Origin: a bacterium
GTDB lineage: Bacteria; Patescibacteriota; CPR2; UBA1875; JAJYID01
DNA: 64,000 nt
Assembly (NCBI GenBank): GCA_021796415.1
Contig: JAJYJC010000002.1
Coordinates: 7,983-71,982 of the forward strand
Direction: 5' to 3'
Below, one piece after another: positions 28,124-38,344 of the stretch. The stretch's first letter is position 1. The number at the start of each line of letters is the position of its first letter. A model generated the notes under the pieces. The model saw nothing but the letters and a program-made list of their open reading frames with translations, ran no database searches and had not been told where the DNA came from. Made by a program: the position numbers and the translations under genes.

Positions 28124-29194
28124 TTAACTATCGATGATTTTATCGATTTCTTTTTTAATCTCTGCTCCTCTGCAGTGACTTAAAATCCCTAAATATGATT
28201 GAACCATTTGCTTGAAAGATTGCTGGTCTTCTTCACTCCCGGAAAGCAAATACTTTTTTGCTCTAATCTTCCTCAGCATTCTTTTCTTGGTCTTTGTTCT
28301 AAGGATTATATGGTATGGAAAAACAACATAACCCAAAAAGTCAATTCCTTGGCTAAACTTTCTGAGAACAATTTTGTCCGAATGAAGTTGTAGGCGAAGT
28401 TCTTTTTTTAAGAAATGAGCTAATGTTGGTATCAGTTTTTCTAGATGTTTGACATCTGTGCTCAAGATCACAAAGTCGTCTGCATAACGGATGTAATATT
28501 TCTCCTTGAGATTTCTTTTGACAAATTGATCAAGGGCATTCAAATAGACATTAGAGAAAAGCTGGCTGGTGAGATTTCCCAAAGGTATACCTCGCCTTGG
28601 TTCATTCTTTAGCTGATTTGTATTGAAACTCTCTATAATCTCTTCTAGTAAAGCTATCAGGTCTTTTTCTTGAATCACCTTTTCAATTAGGTTTAAAAGT
28701 ATGTCGTGATCAACTGAATCAAAAAATTTCCTTATATCGCACTTCAAAACCCAGACAGTTCTTGTATTATTTTTAGATAGTTTCCACGCAAAATATCGAA
28801 GGCGGTGAACTGCCTTATGCGTCCCTTTTTCTTTTCGGCTGGAGTACGAGTCAAAAATAAATTTCTTTTCAAAAACAGCTTCAATGACGCGGAAAATAGC
28901 GTGATGTAAAACCCGATCAAGAACCAGAGCCTTATTGATGGTTCTAAGTTTTGGGTCAGTGACATAAAATGTTGTATAATCAGAATGTCGATAACAATTA
29001 TTTTTCAGCTCATTGTGAAGTTTGTAAATTTGATTTTCAGGATTTAGGGCAAATGCCTGAACATCTAGCTTGCTTTCTTTACCCTTTTTAAATTCTCTCC
29101 AGGCGGAGAAGAGATTTTCCAATGATATTATTTGATCAAACAAACTATGACAACCACTCCTGACAACAGATTTTCCGATATTTCGATTATTCAT
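28124..29194 (-). CDS. DGR-type reverse transcriptase
   Basis: RT motifs: DGR-characteristic GIPLGNLTSQLFSNVYLNALDQFV (LGNxxSQ in place of the group II intron QGxxxSP), YIRYADDFVIL (YADD), GIDFLGY. The start codon may be the downstream TTG (about 29140). Confidence 0.8.
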   Translation of the reverse strand: MNNRNIGKSVVRSGCHSLFDQIISLENLFSAWREFKKGKESKLDVQAFALNPENQIYKLHNELKNNCYRHSDYTTFYVTDPKLRTINKALVLDRVLHHAIFRVIEAVFEKKFIFDSYSSRKEKGTHKAVHRLRYFAWKLSKNNTRTVWVLKCDIRKFFDSVDHDILLNLIEKVIQEKDLIALLEEIIESFNTNQLKNEPRRGIPLGNLTSQLFSNVYLNALDQFVKRNLKEKYYIRYADDFVILSTDVKHLEKLIPTLAHFLKKELRLQLHSDKIVLRKFSQGIDFLGYVVFPYHIILRTKTKKRMLRKIRAKKYLLSGSEEDQQSFKQMVQSYLGILSHCRGAEIKKEIDKIIDS

Positions 29195-29512
29195 AAAACC
29201 TACAAGTTTTATCTTGCTTTATATTCCACAAATCAGTTTTTACCAAAGAGAGATCGATATACTCTTGGGGTGAAAGCCGAAAATATTAGTTTGGAGATTC
29301 TTGAAACGTTATATTTAGCCAATTCTAAAGCTGGCAATATCCGCCTAGAACTGCTAGAAAAAGCCGATGTGAAGTTAAAAGTTCTCCAAGCAGTCATACG
29401 CCTTTGCCACGATACAAAAGCGCTTGATCAAAACAAATATCTTGCTTTGCAGTCTGCATTGCAAGAAATAGGGAAAATGCTTGGAGGTTGGATAAAAACT
29501 ACAAAAAGTTAG
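29132..29512 (+). CDS. Avd-like four-helix-bundle accessory protein
   Basis: Similar to the Avd / 23S-rRNA-intervening-sequence four-helix-bundle family (…LPKRDRYTLGVKAENISLEILETL…, C-terminal EIGKMLGGWIK). Lies between the RT and TR on the opposite strand. The start may be the internal Met at 29147. Confidence 0.55.
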   Translation: MIKQTMTTTPDNRFSDISIIHKTYKFYLALYSTNQFLPKRDRYTLGVKAENISLEILETLYLANSKAGNIRLELLEKADVKLKVLQAVIRLCHDTKALDQNKYLALQSALQEIGKMLGGWIKTTKS

Positions 29513-29517
29513 ACTTC

Positions 29518-29630
29518 GGAGAAAGAAACGCCCAGATTGTCATTCCGATTGTCGGGACTGTTCCTGTTGACATTCACGCCCTTGGCATCGAAGTTGCCCA
29601 CATTGACCAGCTTGCCGTCAGAGTCACGCG
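29518..29630 (-). repeat. DGR template repeat (TR, 113 bp, sense on the minus strand)
   Basis: The reverse complement aligns base for base with VR1 and VR2. Every mismatch is at a TR adenine (17 of 27 adenines vary across the two VRs). Variable codons are mostly AAY. Confidence 0.85.
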
Positions 29631-30073
29631 TTTCTTTACACTTTTCCATCTAAGCAAGGGTAATGTGATGAGGATTCTCAAAAAATTGTTTCAAAACATT
29701 ACCTGTTTGAAAATGCGGTGACCAATCACGCCAGAAAAGTGTAAGCAGTCTATACTATCTTTGCGAGATATATCCGTAAACATATCTTCATTGCTTAAAC
29801 ATTTTATCACAATTTGGCTTTTATAAACAGAAAGCTACCAAAAGATAACTTTTTTGTATACTTGTCTTCTGATTTCATAAGGGTAAAATGGGCATATGAA
29901 AAAGGCAGAATTTTTAAAAGAATTTGATAAATATTCCGAGAAGTTTCTTGATGCTATACCAAGACAAGCACTAGGGTATAGCCAATGGCTGATGATGGCC
30001 GATGATTTCAGAATGTTCGTGGAGACCGGTAAACTGCCAAATCAGCTTAATGAAGAAAATACCAAATAATACT

Positions 30074-30445
30074 CTACTTATGGCCTTCAGTTAATATTTT
30101 TAGCTCATTTGTAATTTTAATCAACTCAAGTGTGATATGGGTGATGAGACCTTTCTCTGTCTCGATATAAGCCATTTCGAGGGAGATTTTCTTACCATCT
30201 TTCTTAAAATATTTTTGGACCATTTTTGCATGTTTCTTATCAATTTTTCCGCCTTCTTCAATGTCCTGATAAATTTCTTCCCATATTTTCAGGGCTTTAC
30301 TCAGGGTAATAAATCTCGAGGCGTCTTCATATGTGAACGCACGGTGAAATCTCTCTGAAAGCTTCTCTATGGCGACTTCAACCTCAAGCTTCGTAGGCTC
30401 CGGGAGATCAGAGTAGTCCATTGATAGTAAATGATCATTATTCAT
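30074..30445 (-). CDS. hypothetical protein (123 aa)
   Basis: ORF immediately downstream of the PLD-family gene. Confidence 0.4.
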   Translation of the reverse strand: MNNDHLLSMDYSDLPEPTKLEVEVAIEKLSERFHRAFTYEDASRFITLSKALKIWEEIYQDIEEGGKIDKKHAKMVQKYFKKDGKKISLEMAYIETEKGLITHITLELIKITNELKILTEGHK

Positions 30446-30451
30446 GATTAA

Positions 30452-31045
30452 TTATCCTAAAATAATGCTTATTATATTAAATACAGCTACGATACTTTTA
30501 ACCAATATTACCATAACTTGGCGCATAACCGCGAATAATCCGGAAAACATGCCCTTTAAAATAAACTCTAATATAGACGCTCTAGTGCCGGCCATTAGTT
30601 TTAAATTGCCGTCTAAATCCAGGTGCGATATAATCTGAGCAGTCAACGCCTCATCTTCTGTTCTTGTCATTAACTCTCTGCTTGATCTTTGGGAGAGAAT
30701 ATTCATACTTCCTGTCCAAAGAATCTTTTTGTCAATCACGGCTACTTTTTCATGTATAGAACCTTCGAGAAAAACCACTTTCGCCCCTAAATTCTCATAG
30801 ATTTGGGCAGCGGCTCTAGCTTCTTCTTGAACATATTCTTCATGTTCTCCAATAGGTCGGGTAAATATAAAAAGTTTAATGTTTTTAATCCTCAGTCTAA
30901 CAAAGGTCTTCCTGAAGAAATCAGCCCGATGCTTCGTAATAAAAGGACTATAAATAATAACCTCTTTCTCGGCTTTCAGTATATCTTTTGTAAAAGCCGG
31001 GTAAAAAGTGCGTTCGTTATAGATTGTTGTTGTTTGGTTTATCAA
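30452..31045 (-). CDS. PLD-family (HKD) nuclease-like protein with a C-terminal hydrophobic tail
   Basis: Single HKD motif HEKVAVIDKKILWTGSMN (HxKxxxxDxxxxxxGSxN), as in Nuc-type endonucleases. Confidence 0.6.
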   Translation of the reverse strand: MINQTTTIYNERTFYPAFTKDILKAEKEVIIYSPFITKHRADFFRKTFVRLRIKNIKLFIFTRPIGEHEEYVQEEARAAAQIYENLGAKVVFLEGSIHEKVAVIDKKILWTGSMNILSQRSSRELMTRTEDEALTAQIISHLDLDGNLKLMAGTRASILEFILKGMFSGLFAVMRQVMVILVKSIVAVFNIISIILG

Positions 31046-31108
31046 TTTTTCTCCTTTGGTTTGTTTTTATATAGAAATTATCACTATAGTTTGTTAAAAT
31101 ACGTTTAT

Positions 31109-31315
31109 ATGAAGAATAAAGAAGCCGTAAAAATCGGGAAAGAGCTTAGGAAGGCTCGCGAGGCGACCGGTCTAACTCAAGCCGAAGTGGCCGGAAAAGC
31201 GGGAATTACCACGAATTATTACGCTATGGTCGAGCGCGGGGAAAAGAATATTACTTACAAGAAGATGCAGCGTATTTTAAAGGTGCTCAACGTAAAATCA
31301 CTGGACAACGGCTAA
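31109..31315 (+). CDS. XRE-family HTH transcriptional regulator (69 aa)
   Basis: LRKAREATGLTQAEVAGKAGITTNYYAMVERGEKNITYKKMQRILKVL is a typical Cro/C1 HTH. The upstream part of the tracked ORF lacks coding character. Confidence 0.6.
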   Translation: MKNKEAVKIGKELRKAREATGLTQAEVAGKAGITTNYYAMVERGEKNITYKKMQRILKVLNVKSLDNG

Positions 31316-31521
31316 ATCCCGTCCAGTTTCATTATCTTGTTCTTCGTAAATAACCTTTAGGAAAGGCTCCCACTCAAGAGCAATCTCAATGAGGTGTTCC
31401 AAGTTCTGTGAGTACGCTCCACCAGCAAGAATCCATCTAAGCGGATGGGTTTTTGTTTTTATGGATATTGTCAGTGTTAAGCGTGTGGATTAAGATATAG
31501 AAAATAAAAAGGAGAATTGTT

Positions 31522-31986
31522 ATGGCATACAAAGTTGATTTTAACAATGTATCTACGGCTGGGCTTGAGTCTTCGCCGGTTGCCGAGGCGCTTGCGGGCT
31601 TGAGGGCAAACGAAGCACGTTATTTCAAGAATAAGTATAATTATGATTTTACCGTTGTGCCGGCTAGTGAAAGCCAGGACGTGATAGATTACGTAAACCG
31701 TATTTTGAAAGAGGAGCGCAATATTGAGTTTGCAACCAAACCCCTGGAGACGTCGCAAACTCAGGTAGAAAATATCAAGTGGACTCATGTATTTTACGAA
31801 GATGGTCTTGGGGTAAATGTCTTGTACACTATTAACGACCCGAAGAAGCGGGCGGTCGGCTTCAAACTTTCTGAAGGCATGGAAGTGCCAAAGGAGCTGG
31901 AGGGAAAGTTCAAATTTGCTAGGCAGAGATCCAAACTGGCCGGAACCATCCGCGGCTCGTTCTTTGTCATTAAGGGAGAATATTAA
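31522..31986 (+). CDS. hypothetical protein (154 aa)
   Basis: ORF with plausible composition and an RBS-like aaaaggagaa. Preferred over the overlapping minus-strand ORF. Confidence 0.45.
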   Translation: MAYKVDFNNVSTAGLESSPVAEALAGLRANEARYFKNKYNYDFTVVPASESQDVIDYVNRILKEERNIEFATKPLETSQTQVENIKWTHVFYEDGLGVNVLYTINDPKKRAVGFKLSEGMEVPKELEGKFKFARQRSKLAGTIRGSFFVIKGEY

Positions 31987-32304
31987 ATAATGGAATCTCT
32001 TTCTTCCTGTCTTGCCGTCTTTGATATGAAGCGCCACGGCCGCGAGTAGGAAAATCGACAGAATTTGGAGAAATAATCTGCCAAACTCCGCAATAATTGT
32101 TTTGGGTGTGATATTTATTATTTTGACTGTCATTGGCGCGCTTCTTCCATTTGTGCCTGGATTTATATTCCTTATTATTGGTATAATGCTTCTTGGTGAA
32201 GAGTTCTGCCTAAGCCGATGGATTATGGAAAAATCGCCGCAGAAATTGAGAAAAAAATCGAAAAAATGCCTTTCGTAATATGTGATGGCAATGGAAAACA
32301 ATAA

Positions 32305-32877
32305 ATGATCACCCCTGAATTATTAGATTATATAAAGCAACAGTTCATAACGGGTGTTTCTGAGAGAAATGTCAGGAATACACTTTTCGAAAACTCTTGG
32401 ATGAAAGAGGATGTTGACGAAGCCATCAGTTATGTCAAAAAAATAACCGCCTCAAAAAGCAGTAAAAAGAAAAAATTATTAATACTTTCAGGAACTTTTT
32501 TTGTAATTTTCATCGCTTTCATTTTACTATGCATATTTTTTGCATTAAGCCAAACTAAGGTTACTGAAACGAAAAATGAAACAGGTTTTGCTGTTCAGAG
32601 GTCTGACGACGGACAAAGAATAGCCGATCTATTAAAAATTCAAAAAGAATTAGAAGACTATTATGCAAAAAATAATAAATATCCTGGTTCTCTGAACGAG
32701 TTAAGTGATGTTCCGAAAAATCCCTCCGGGGGGAATTATGCATATAATCCGATTGGGAATCCTTCAACCTCTTACACTTTAAATGCCCAGATAGAAGGCA
32801 CCGCAGATAGTCAGATTAGTATCAAGGGCGGATTTCTAACCCTGAAAAACCAACAGGGGAAAAATCAATGCTTGTAA
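32305..32877 (+). CDS. membrane-anchored protein with a type II secretion/type IV pseudopilin-like (GspG-like) globular domain
   Basis: RIADLLKIQKELEDYYAKNNKYPGSLNEL...PKNPSGGNYAYNP resembles the GspG/pilin C-domain. TM helix at residues ~60-85. No prepilin cleavage motif. Confidence 0.45.
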   Translation: MITPELLDYIKQQFITGVSERNVRNTLFENSWMKEDVDEAISYVKKITASKSSKKKKLLILSGTFFVIFIAFILLCIFFALSQTKVTETKNETGFAVQRSDDGQRIADLLKIQKELEDYYAKNNKYPGSLNELSDVPKNPSGGNYAYNPIGNPSTSYTLNAQIEGTADSQISIKGGFLTLKNQQGKNQCL

Positions 32878-33281
32878 CAACTCACACCGTCATAGCTGCG
32901 ACGGTTGCTATAAAAACCGGCAATCCTTACTTATACTTTCCGTTTGCTGCCGCCGATCATTTCGCCTTTGACACCATGCCTCACTTTGGCGGGGATTGGG
33001 TAAACAAAAATCTTAAACTGGTCACGGCTCTGGATGCCATCGTCGGCATCTCAATTTTTCTGGCCATTGCTTTTTTTACCCATTCAAAATTTTCTGTTTT
33101 AATTCTTTTTGCGGTTTGCCTACTTGCCGGCTGGCCGGATCTCATCTGGCTGACAAAGCGAAAACACTTTCCGAAGTTTAAAAAATGGCATGCCGGAATA
33201 CAAAAGTTTGAGACTTCTCCGGGGATTATTCTTGAGATTGCAGTAGTTTTGTTTTGTTTGTTGTTGATTTTTGTTTTCTAA
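32868..33281 (+). CDS. membrane protein (137 aa, ~4 TM helices)
   Basis: Hydrophobic ORF. Confidence 0.4.
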   Translation: MLVTTHTVIAATVAIKTGNPYLYFPFAAADHFAFDTMPHFGGDWVNKNLKLVTALDAIVGISIFLAIAFFTHSKFSVLILFAVCLLAGWPDLIWLTKRKHFPKFKKWHAGIQKFETSPGIILEIAVVLFCLLLIFVF

Positions 33282-33316
33282 ACCTTTATAATAATTGTCC
33301 AAAAAGAGGAGTGACT

Positions 33317-33742
33317 ATGCTTGAAGAATTTGATAAAGGCGTTTTTCTGGTTAATCTGCTTGGAATTATTTATGACCCAAAGAGTAGGAAAATTTTAATT
33401 GGGCGAAGAGAAAACGATCTTCACTTCAGGGGGCTTTCTTGGGTATTTCCGGGTGGAAGGCCGGGCTACGATAAAGATTTGGAACAACATTTAGAAAACG
33501 AAATAGAGGAAAAGACTGGGCTTGAAGTTAGAGTTAAAAATGTTGTTTTCGCAAAAACCTATCCGGAAAAGAGAGAATTTCTTTCTGTTTACTACTATTG
33601 CGAATATGGAGTGATTAGTGGCGAGGAGAAACCGGGAGGTGGGTTGGTCGAACTGAAATGGGTTAAGCCAAGCGAGGTTAAAAATTATTTCACAACTTCT
33701 TTGCACCCTAAACTTTTGAAATATCTTAAAAGTCTATATTAG
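33317..33742 (+). CDS. NUDIX hydrolase
   Basis: Nudix box GGRPGYDKDLEQHLENEIEEKTGLEV. Strong SD aagaggag upstream of ATG 33317. Confidence 0.65.
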   Translation: MLEEFDKGVFLVNLLGIIYDPKSRKILIGRRENDLHFRGLSWVFPGGRPGYDKDLEQHLENEIEEKTGLEVRVKNVVFAKTYPEKREFLSVYYYCEYGVISGEEKPGGGLVELKWVKPSEVKNYFTTSLHPKLLKYLKSLY

Positions 33743-34992
33743 GCAGCCTCTTCTTCGTCTTTCGCCTCCTTAACTCTTGTCAATCTGTCTGGCGCACTTT
33801 CAAGTTGCCAAACCTGCATAGAAAGTCTCTTCGCAAGAGAGTTGAAAAGTTTGGGATTATTAGATTCTTTTACCTTTTTAATAATATGATCCAAGTCTTT
33901 TTCTATTAATTCATCTCCAATGGCTTCCACCCAACCATCATCTCTCTTGTTTTTCGGTTTGGCTGCCTCGGTCTGAAAAATCTTATCCACGACTTGCTTA
34001 TCATTTTTCATTTGTTCAGCAAGTCTAAGAACATCAGGTTCCAGCTCAATTGCTTTTTTGAGGATGTCTTCATCAATCGGTCTATCTTTGGGCCAGTTAG
34101 CGATTATGGTATAGGCTTCATCGGGCCACTCGTCTAACATAGAAGAAACAAACTCGGGGTCCGATCTCAGTTCGGCACTTGCTTCCTTGAAGGGCGTTAG
34201 CGGCAATAAATGTGGATGAGCGGTTTTTCTGCAAGCTTCCTTTATGAAGTCTCTGTCCGATCTTAGTCCCTCGCTTGCTCTTTCGGTAATACCCCTGATA
34301 TAACCGCCAGCGCCACGAGCGCCTCTATAATATTCTTGAGTGTGTTCCATAAAGTTTAGTATAAATTGTTTGTCTCCTTTGAGATCATCTGATGCGAATT
34401 CAAACAAGTCCTTTGCTCTCATTCCTTGCATTCTATCAATAGCCTTGCCGAAGAATCCTTCATTGGATCGTAAGGGGTTTTCGTATATTTTTTCCTTATC
34501 TAATCCGCCCCTGGCATAGGTTTCCACAACATGTGGCGTTAAAAGCTCAGTCATTCTCCCCCTAGCCCCTGCTCCTATTGTTGGGTTTTTCTCCAGAGCG
34601 CTTAGGACAAAATTTTCGTTTGTGAGAGACACAGATGATGCAAACTCTAGCACTCTTTCCACTCCGTTAGGGCCGGGGTCTTCTAGGCGCTCCATATCTA
34701 TACCTAGGCTCATGTTATCAAGCTCTGCTTGTGCTTGCAGAAGTTCCTGAGGAGATGCCTCTTCTTCCCCGGTACGTGCGTATTGTTTGTGTAAAATGGC
34801 TGCTATCTCTGCTAATTTTTGGTAATTGCTAGCTTCTTTAGTTATAAAACCGCCTTCTGCATCTGCGTATTTTCCTTGTTGATCTTCTGGTAGATCGGCT
34901 ACAGTTTTATATTCTTCTGCGCTCGGATCAAATCCGCATTCCCTGTTTTCTGCTCCAAACATAATATTCCCCTCATTATTGTTATGCATCAA
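33739..34992 (-). CDS. repeat protein with DUF4116-like repeats
   Basis: Tandem LRSDRDFIKEA.../ELRSDPEFVSSM... repeats (L[RK]xDxxF...A pattern). Confidence 0.45.
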   Translation of the reverse strand: MMHNNNEGNIMFGAENRECGFDPSAEEYKTVADLPEDQQGKYADAEGGFITKEASNYQKLAEIAAILHKQYARTGEEEASPQELLQAQAELDNMSLGIDMERLEDPGPNGVERVLEFASSVSLTNENFVLSALEKNPTIGAGARGRMTELLTPHVVETYARGGLDKEKIYENPLRSNEGFFGKAIDRMQGMRAKDLFEFASDDLKGDKQFILNFMEHTQEYYRGARGAGGYIRGITERASEGLRSDRDFIKEACRKTAHPHLLPLTPFKEASAELRSDPEFVSSMLDEWPDEAYTIIANWPKDRPIDEDILKKAIELEPDVLRLAEQMKNDKQVVDKIFQTEAAKPKNKRDDGWVEAIGDELIEKDLDHIIKKVKESNNPKLFNSLAKRLSMQVWQLESAPDRLTRVKEAKDEEEAA

Positions 34993-36417
34993 TAATAAAA
35001 TTATATATAGTTCTAGTAAAGGATTTTTTATATAAAAAAGACAATAAAAAGCTTGATTTATTTTTTTAAGTTTGCTAAACTTTATAAAGCTAATAAAAAC
35101 AGGTCATTTATGACAAACGAAACGACAACTAAATACAGAGTGGACGGAAGCGGCTGTTAGCCAAAAAATTAAGTTGCTTTAAGGAAGTCCGCTAAAGGCG
35201 GATTTTTAAATTGTTTTGGCAAATTGGCGTGAAAAGATTTCAAATCGATTCAGCCGAAACAATTCGCGCCTCGCGCGAAAGTATACAGTATCCCGTATTC
35301 AGTATTGAGGTTTTATACCGAATGCACAATACTCGATACCCAATACTGTCAAGCGAGCATTGCGAGTTAAGATCGGACTTTGACAACTGAATACAGATAC
35401 ATGCTAATCCTTAAGGATTCAAGGTCGGATGTTAAATTTTTAATTTTGCATTTTGAATTTTGAATTACAGTATGTATCTTAGGGTAAACGAAATATTACA
35501 ATTTCAAATCCAGTTGATGATTACTGGTTAAGTTCGTGTCTCACTTTCGTTCGACAACGAACAGTATGCGGTATTCTGTATTCAGTATTGAGGAATTAAT
35601 CCCAATACACAATACTCGATACGCAATACTGATTATTCGCGAGCGGTAGCGAGATACGAATAAATCATCATTAAGTCAAGAAAGAGCATATGGTGGATGC
35701 CTTGGGATTTCAGGCCGATGAAGGACGTAGTAAGCTGCGATAAGCTTCGGGGAAGTGCTAAACAACTTTTGATCCGGAGATTTCCGAATGGAGCAATCCG
35801 GCTCGGGTTATGCCGAGTCACACTTAGCTGAATACATAGGCTATTTGAGGGCACGCGGAGAACTGAAACATCTTAGTACCCGCAGGAAAAGATATCAACC
35901 GATATTCCGTCAGTAGTGGCGAGCGAAAGCGGAAAAGCCAAAACTTTTTTAATGTTAAAGCTTATGGGCGTTGTTAAAAAAGTGTTGTGAGGTAGATACA
36001 CTCCTTTTTGGAGGTTAGATTTGGGACACTGGCTTGTGCTTTGCACAAGGAAATTCAAAGTACTAAATCCGAAATCCGAAACAAAACTTCAAATTCAAAA
36101 TACTAAACTAGAAACGTGTTTAGAACATTTGAATTTAGATATTAGATATTGTTTCGTGCTTCGAGATTAGAATTTAGGATTTTCTCGCGTAAAGCGCGAG
36201 TTTAGCTCCAAAACTAATACCAGGATCCATAAATCTTGGGTAAGGTAAGAAAACGAGAGTTTTAATGGAATATTCTGGAAAGAATAACCATAGAGGGTGA
36301 TAGTCCCGTACGTAAAAAAACTTTTGTCCTTATGTATTTATTCTCTAGTACTACGGAGCCCGTGAAACTCTGTAGGAATCTGGGTGGACCACCATCCAAG
36401 GCTAAATACCTGAAATC

Positions 36418-36462
<45 letters not shown>

Positions 36463-38288
36463 TGTTAGGGGAGTGAAATAGAATCTGAAACCGTATGCTT
36501 ACAGACGGTCGGAGCCGATACTTTGTATCGGGAATGTCTAATTTCCAATTAGCAATTTCCAGTCAATGAATAAATGTCTAATTTCCAATTTTGGAATTTA
36601 AAGCATTAGGATTTGATTGGACATTAGAAATTGGTCATTGGTAATTCTGATACAGAGTGTCGGTGACGGCGTGCCTTTTGTAGAATGAGCCAACGAGTTA
36701 CCCCGCACTTTTTGTCTAAGCCGTTCCGCGGTGGAGGCGAAGGGAAACCGAGTGTTAATAGCGCGATTTTAAAAGTGCTGGGTAGACCCGAAACCGGGTG
36801 ACCTATCCATGGGCAGGCTGAAGCGGCGTTAAACCGTCGTGGAGGGCCGAACCCACTTACGTTGCAATGTGAGGGGATGACCTGTGGATAGCGGAGAAAT
36901 TCCAATCGAACCCGGAAATAGCTGGTTCTCTCCGAAATAGCTTTAGGGCTAGCGTCATAAATTCGCTTTTGGAGGTAGAGCACTGACTGGGCTAGGGGGC
37001 ATATAGCTTACCAAACCCAAATAAACTCCGAATTCCGAAAGTTTTATTATGGCAGTCAGAACGTGGGGGCTAAGCTCCACGCTCGAAAGGGAAACAGCCC
37101 AGATCGCCATCTAAGGTCCCTAAGTCTATGCTAAGTGGAAAAGGATGTGAGATCGCATAAACAACCAGGAGGTTGGCTTAGAAGCAGCCATGCCTTTAAA
37201 GAGTGCGTAACAGCTCACTGGTCTAATGCGATTTTGCGCCGAAGATATAACGGGGCTAAGCATAGCACCGAAGATGCGAGTTCGCCGTAGGCGAACACAG
37301 AGTAACTAAAGAACCAAGGAACGGAAGAACAAAAAGACAAATTCATTTGTTTTAAGTTTTTCAGTTCTTATGTTCATCTGTTATTTTGTGCTCGTCTATG
37401 GCGAGCGGTAGGAGAGCGTTCCATACTGCAGTGAAGCTGAACTGGAAAGTTTGGTGGAGTGTATGGAAGTGAGAATGTTGGCATGAGTAACCAAAATCCC
37501 TGTGAAAAACAGGGACACCGTAAACCCAAGGTTTCCTGGGCAACGATAATCGTCCCAGGGTTAGTCGGTCCTAAGCCGAGGCCGAAAGGCGTAGGCGATG
37601 GACAACAGGTTGATATTCCTGTACTGCTTATTTTGTTCCCACAAGTGACGCAGGATGGTAGCCGGAGCATTTTATGGCTATAGGTGTCTAAGTGTCTAGG
37701 TGCTTCGCTTTTGTTTCGCAAGTGAAAAGTTAAAAATGCAAAGTGAAAAGTTGTCGTATTCTTCGGATGATTTATAATCGTCGCGAAGCGACTCATAAAC
37801 TTTCAACTTTTAAATTTGAACTTTAAATTATTTGCGACGCGTAAGCGGAGCATTGAAGCACGAATGAAATCTCCGTAAAACGAGAAATTCCGGTAAGCCA
37901 AACTGACTAGAAAAGCTTGTGATTAATAGAGATAAGCAACCGTACCGAAAACCAACACAGGTGGGTGGGTAGAGAATACCAAGGTGCTCGGGAGAACCCT
38001 CGTTAAGGAACTCGGCAAAACAGCGGGCGTAACTTCGGGATAAGCCCTGCCTGGGTGTGCCGCTTTGTTCCTGAGAACGAAATGCATAAAAACAAAAAGT
38101 TGAGAAAAGAAGTGAAGACAAGAAACTCGGGAGCATAGCGGCACATCTAGGCCGCAGCGAATGAGTCCAGGCGACTGTTTATCAAAAACACAGGTCTCTG
38201 CTAAATCGTAAGATGAAGTATAGGGGCTGACGCCTGCCCAGTGCTGGAAGGTTAAGTGGATGGGTGCAAGCTCTGAAATGAAGCCCCA

Positions 38289-38344
<56 letters not shown>

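Noticed and set aside
29488-29721. 77-aa plus-strand ORF
   Set aside because: It is a translation through the template repeat on the non-template strand. Its amino-acid similarity to the two minus-strand ORFs over the VRs is explained by the TR/VR nucleotide repeat.
30803-31108. Upstream 100 codons of tracked ORF 30803-31315
   Set aside because: No RBS, and it is antisense to the PLD-nuclease gene. Only the C-terminal 69 aa (the XRE HTH, starting at 31109) look genuine.
31477-32301. 274-aa minus-strand ORF
   Set aside because: It has odd composition and no RBS, and it fully overlaps the better-supported plus-strand 31522-31986 gene plus a probable small membrane ORF at about 32060-32279.
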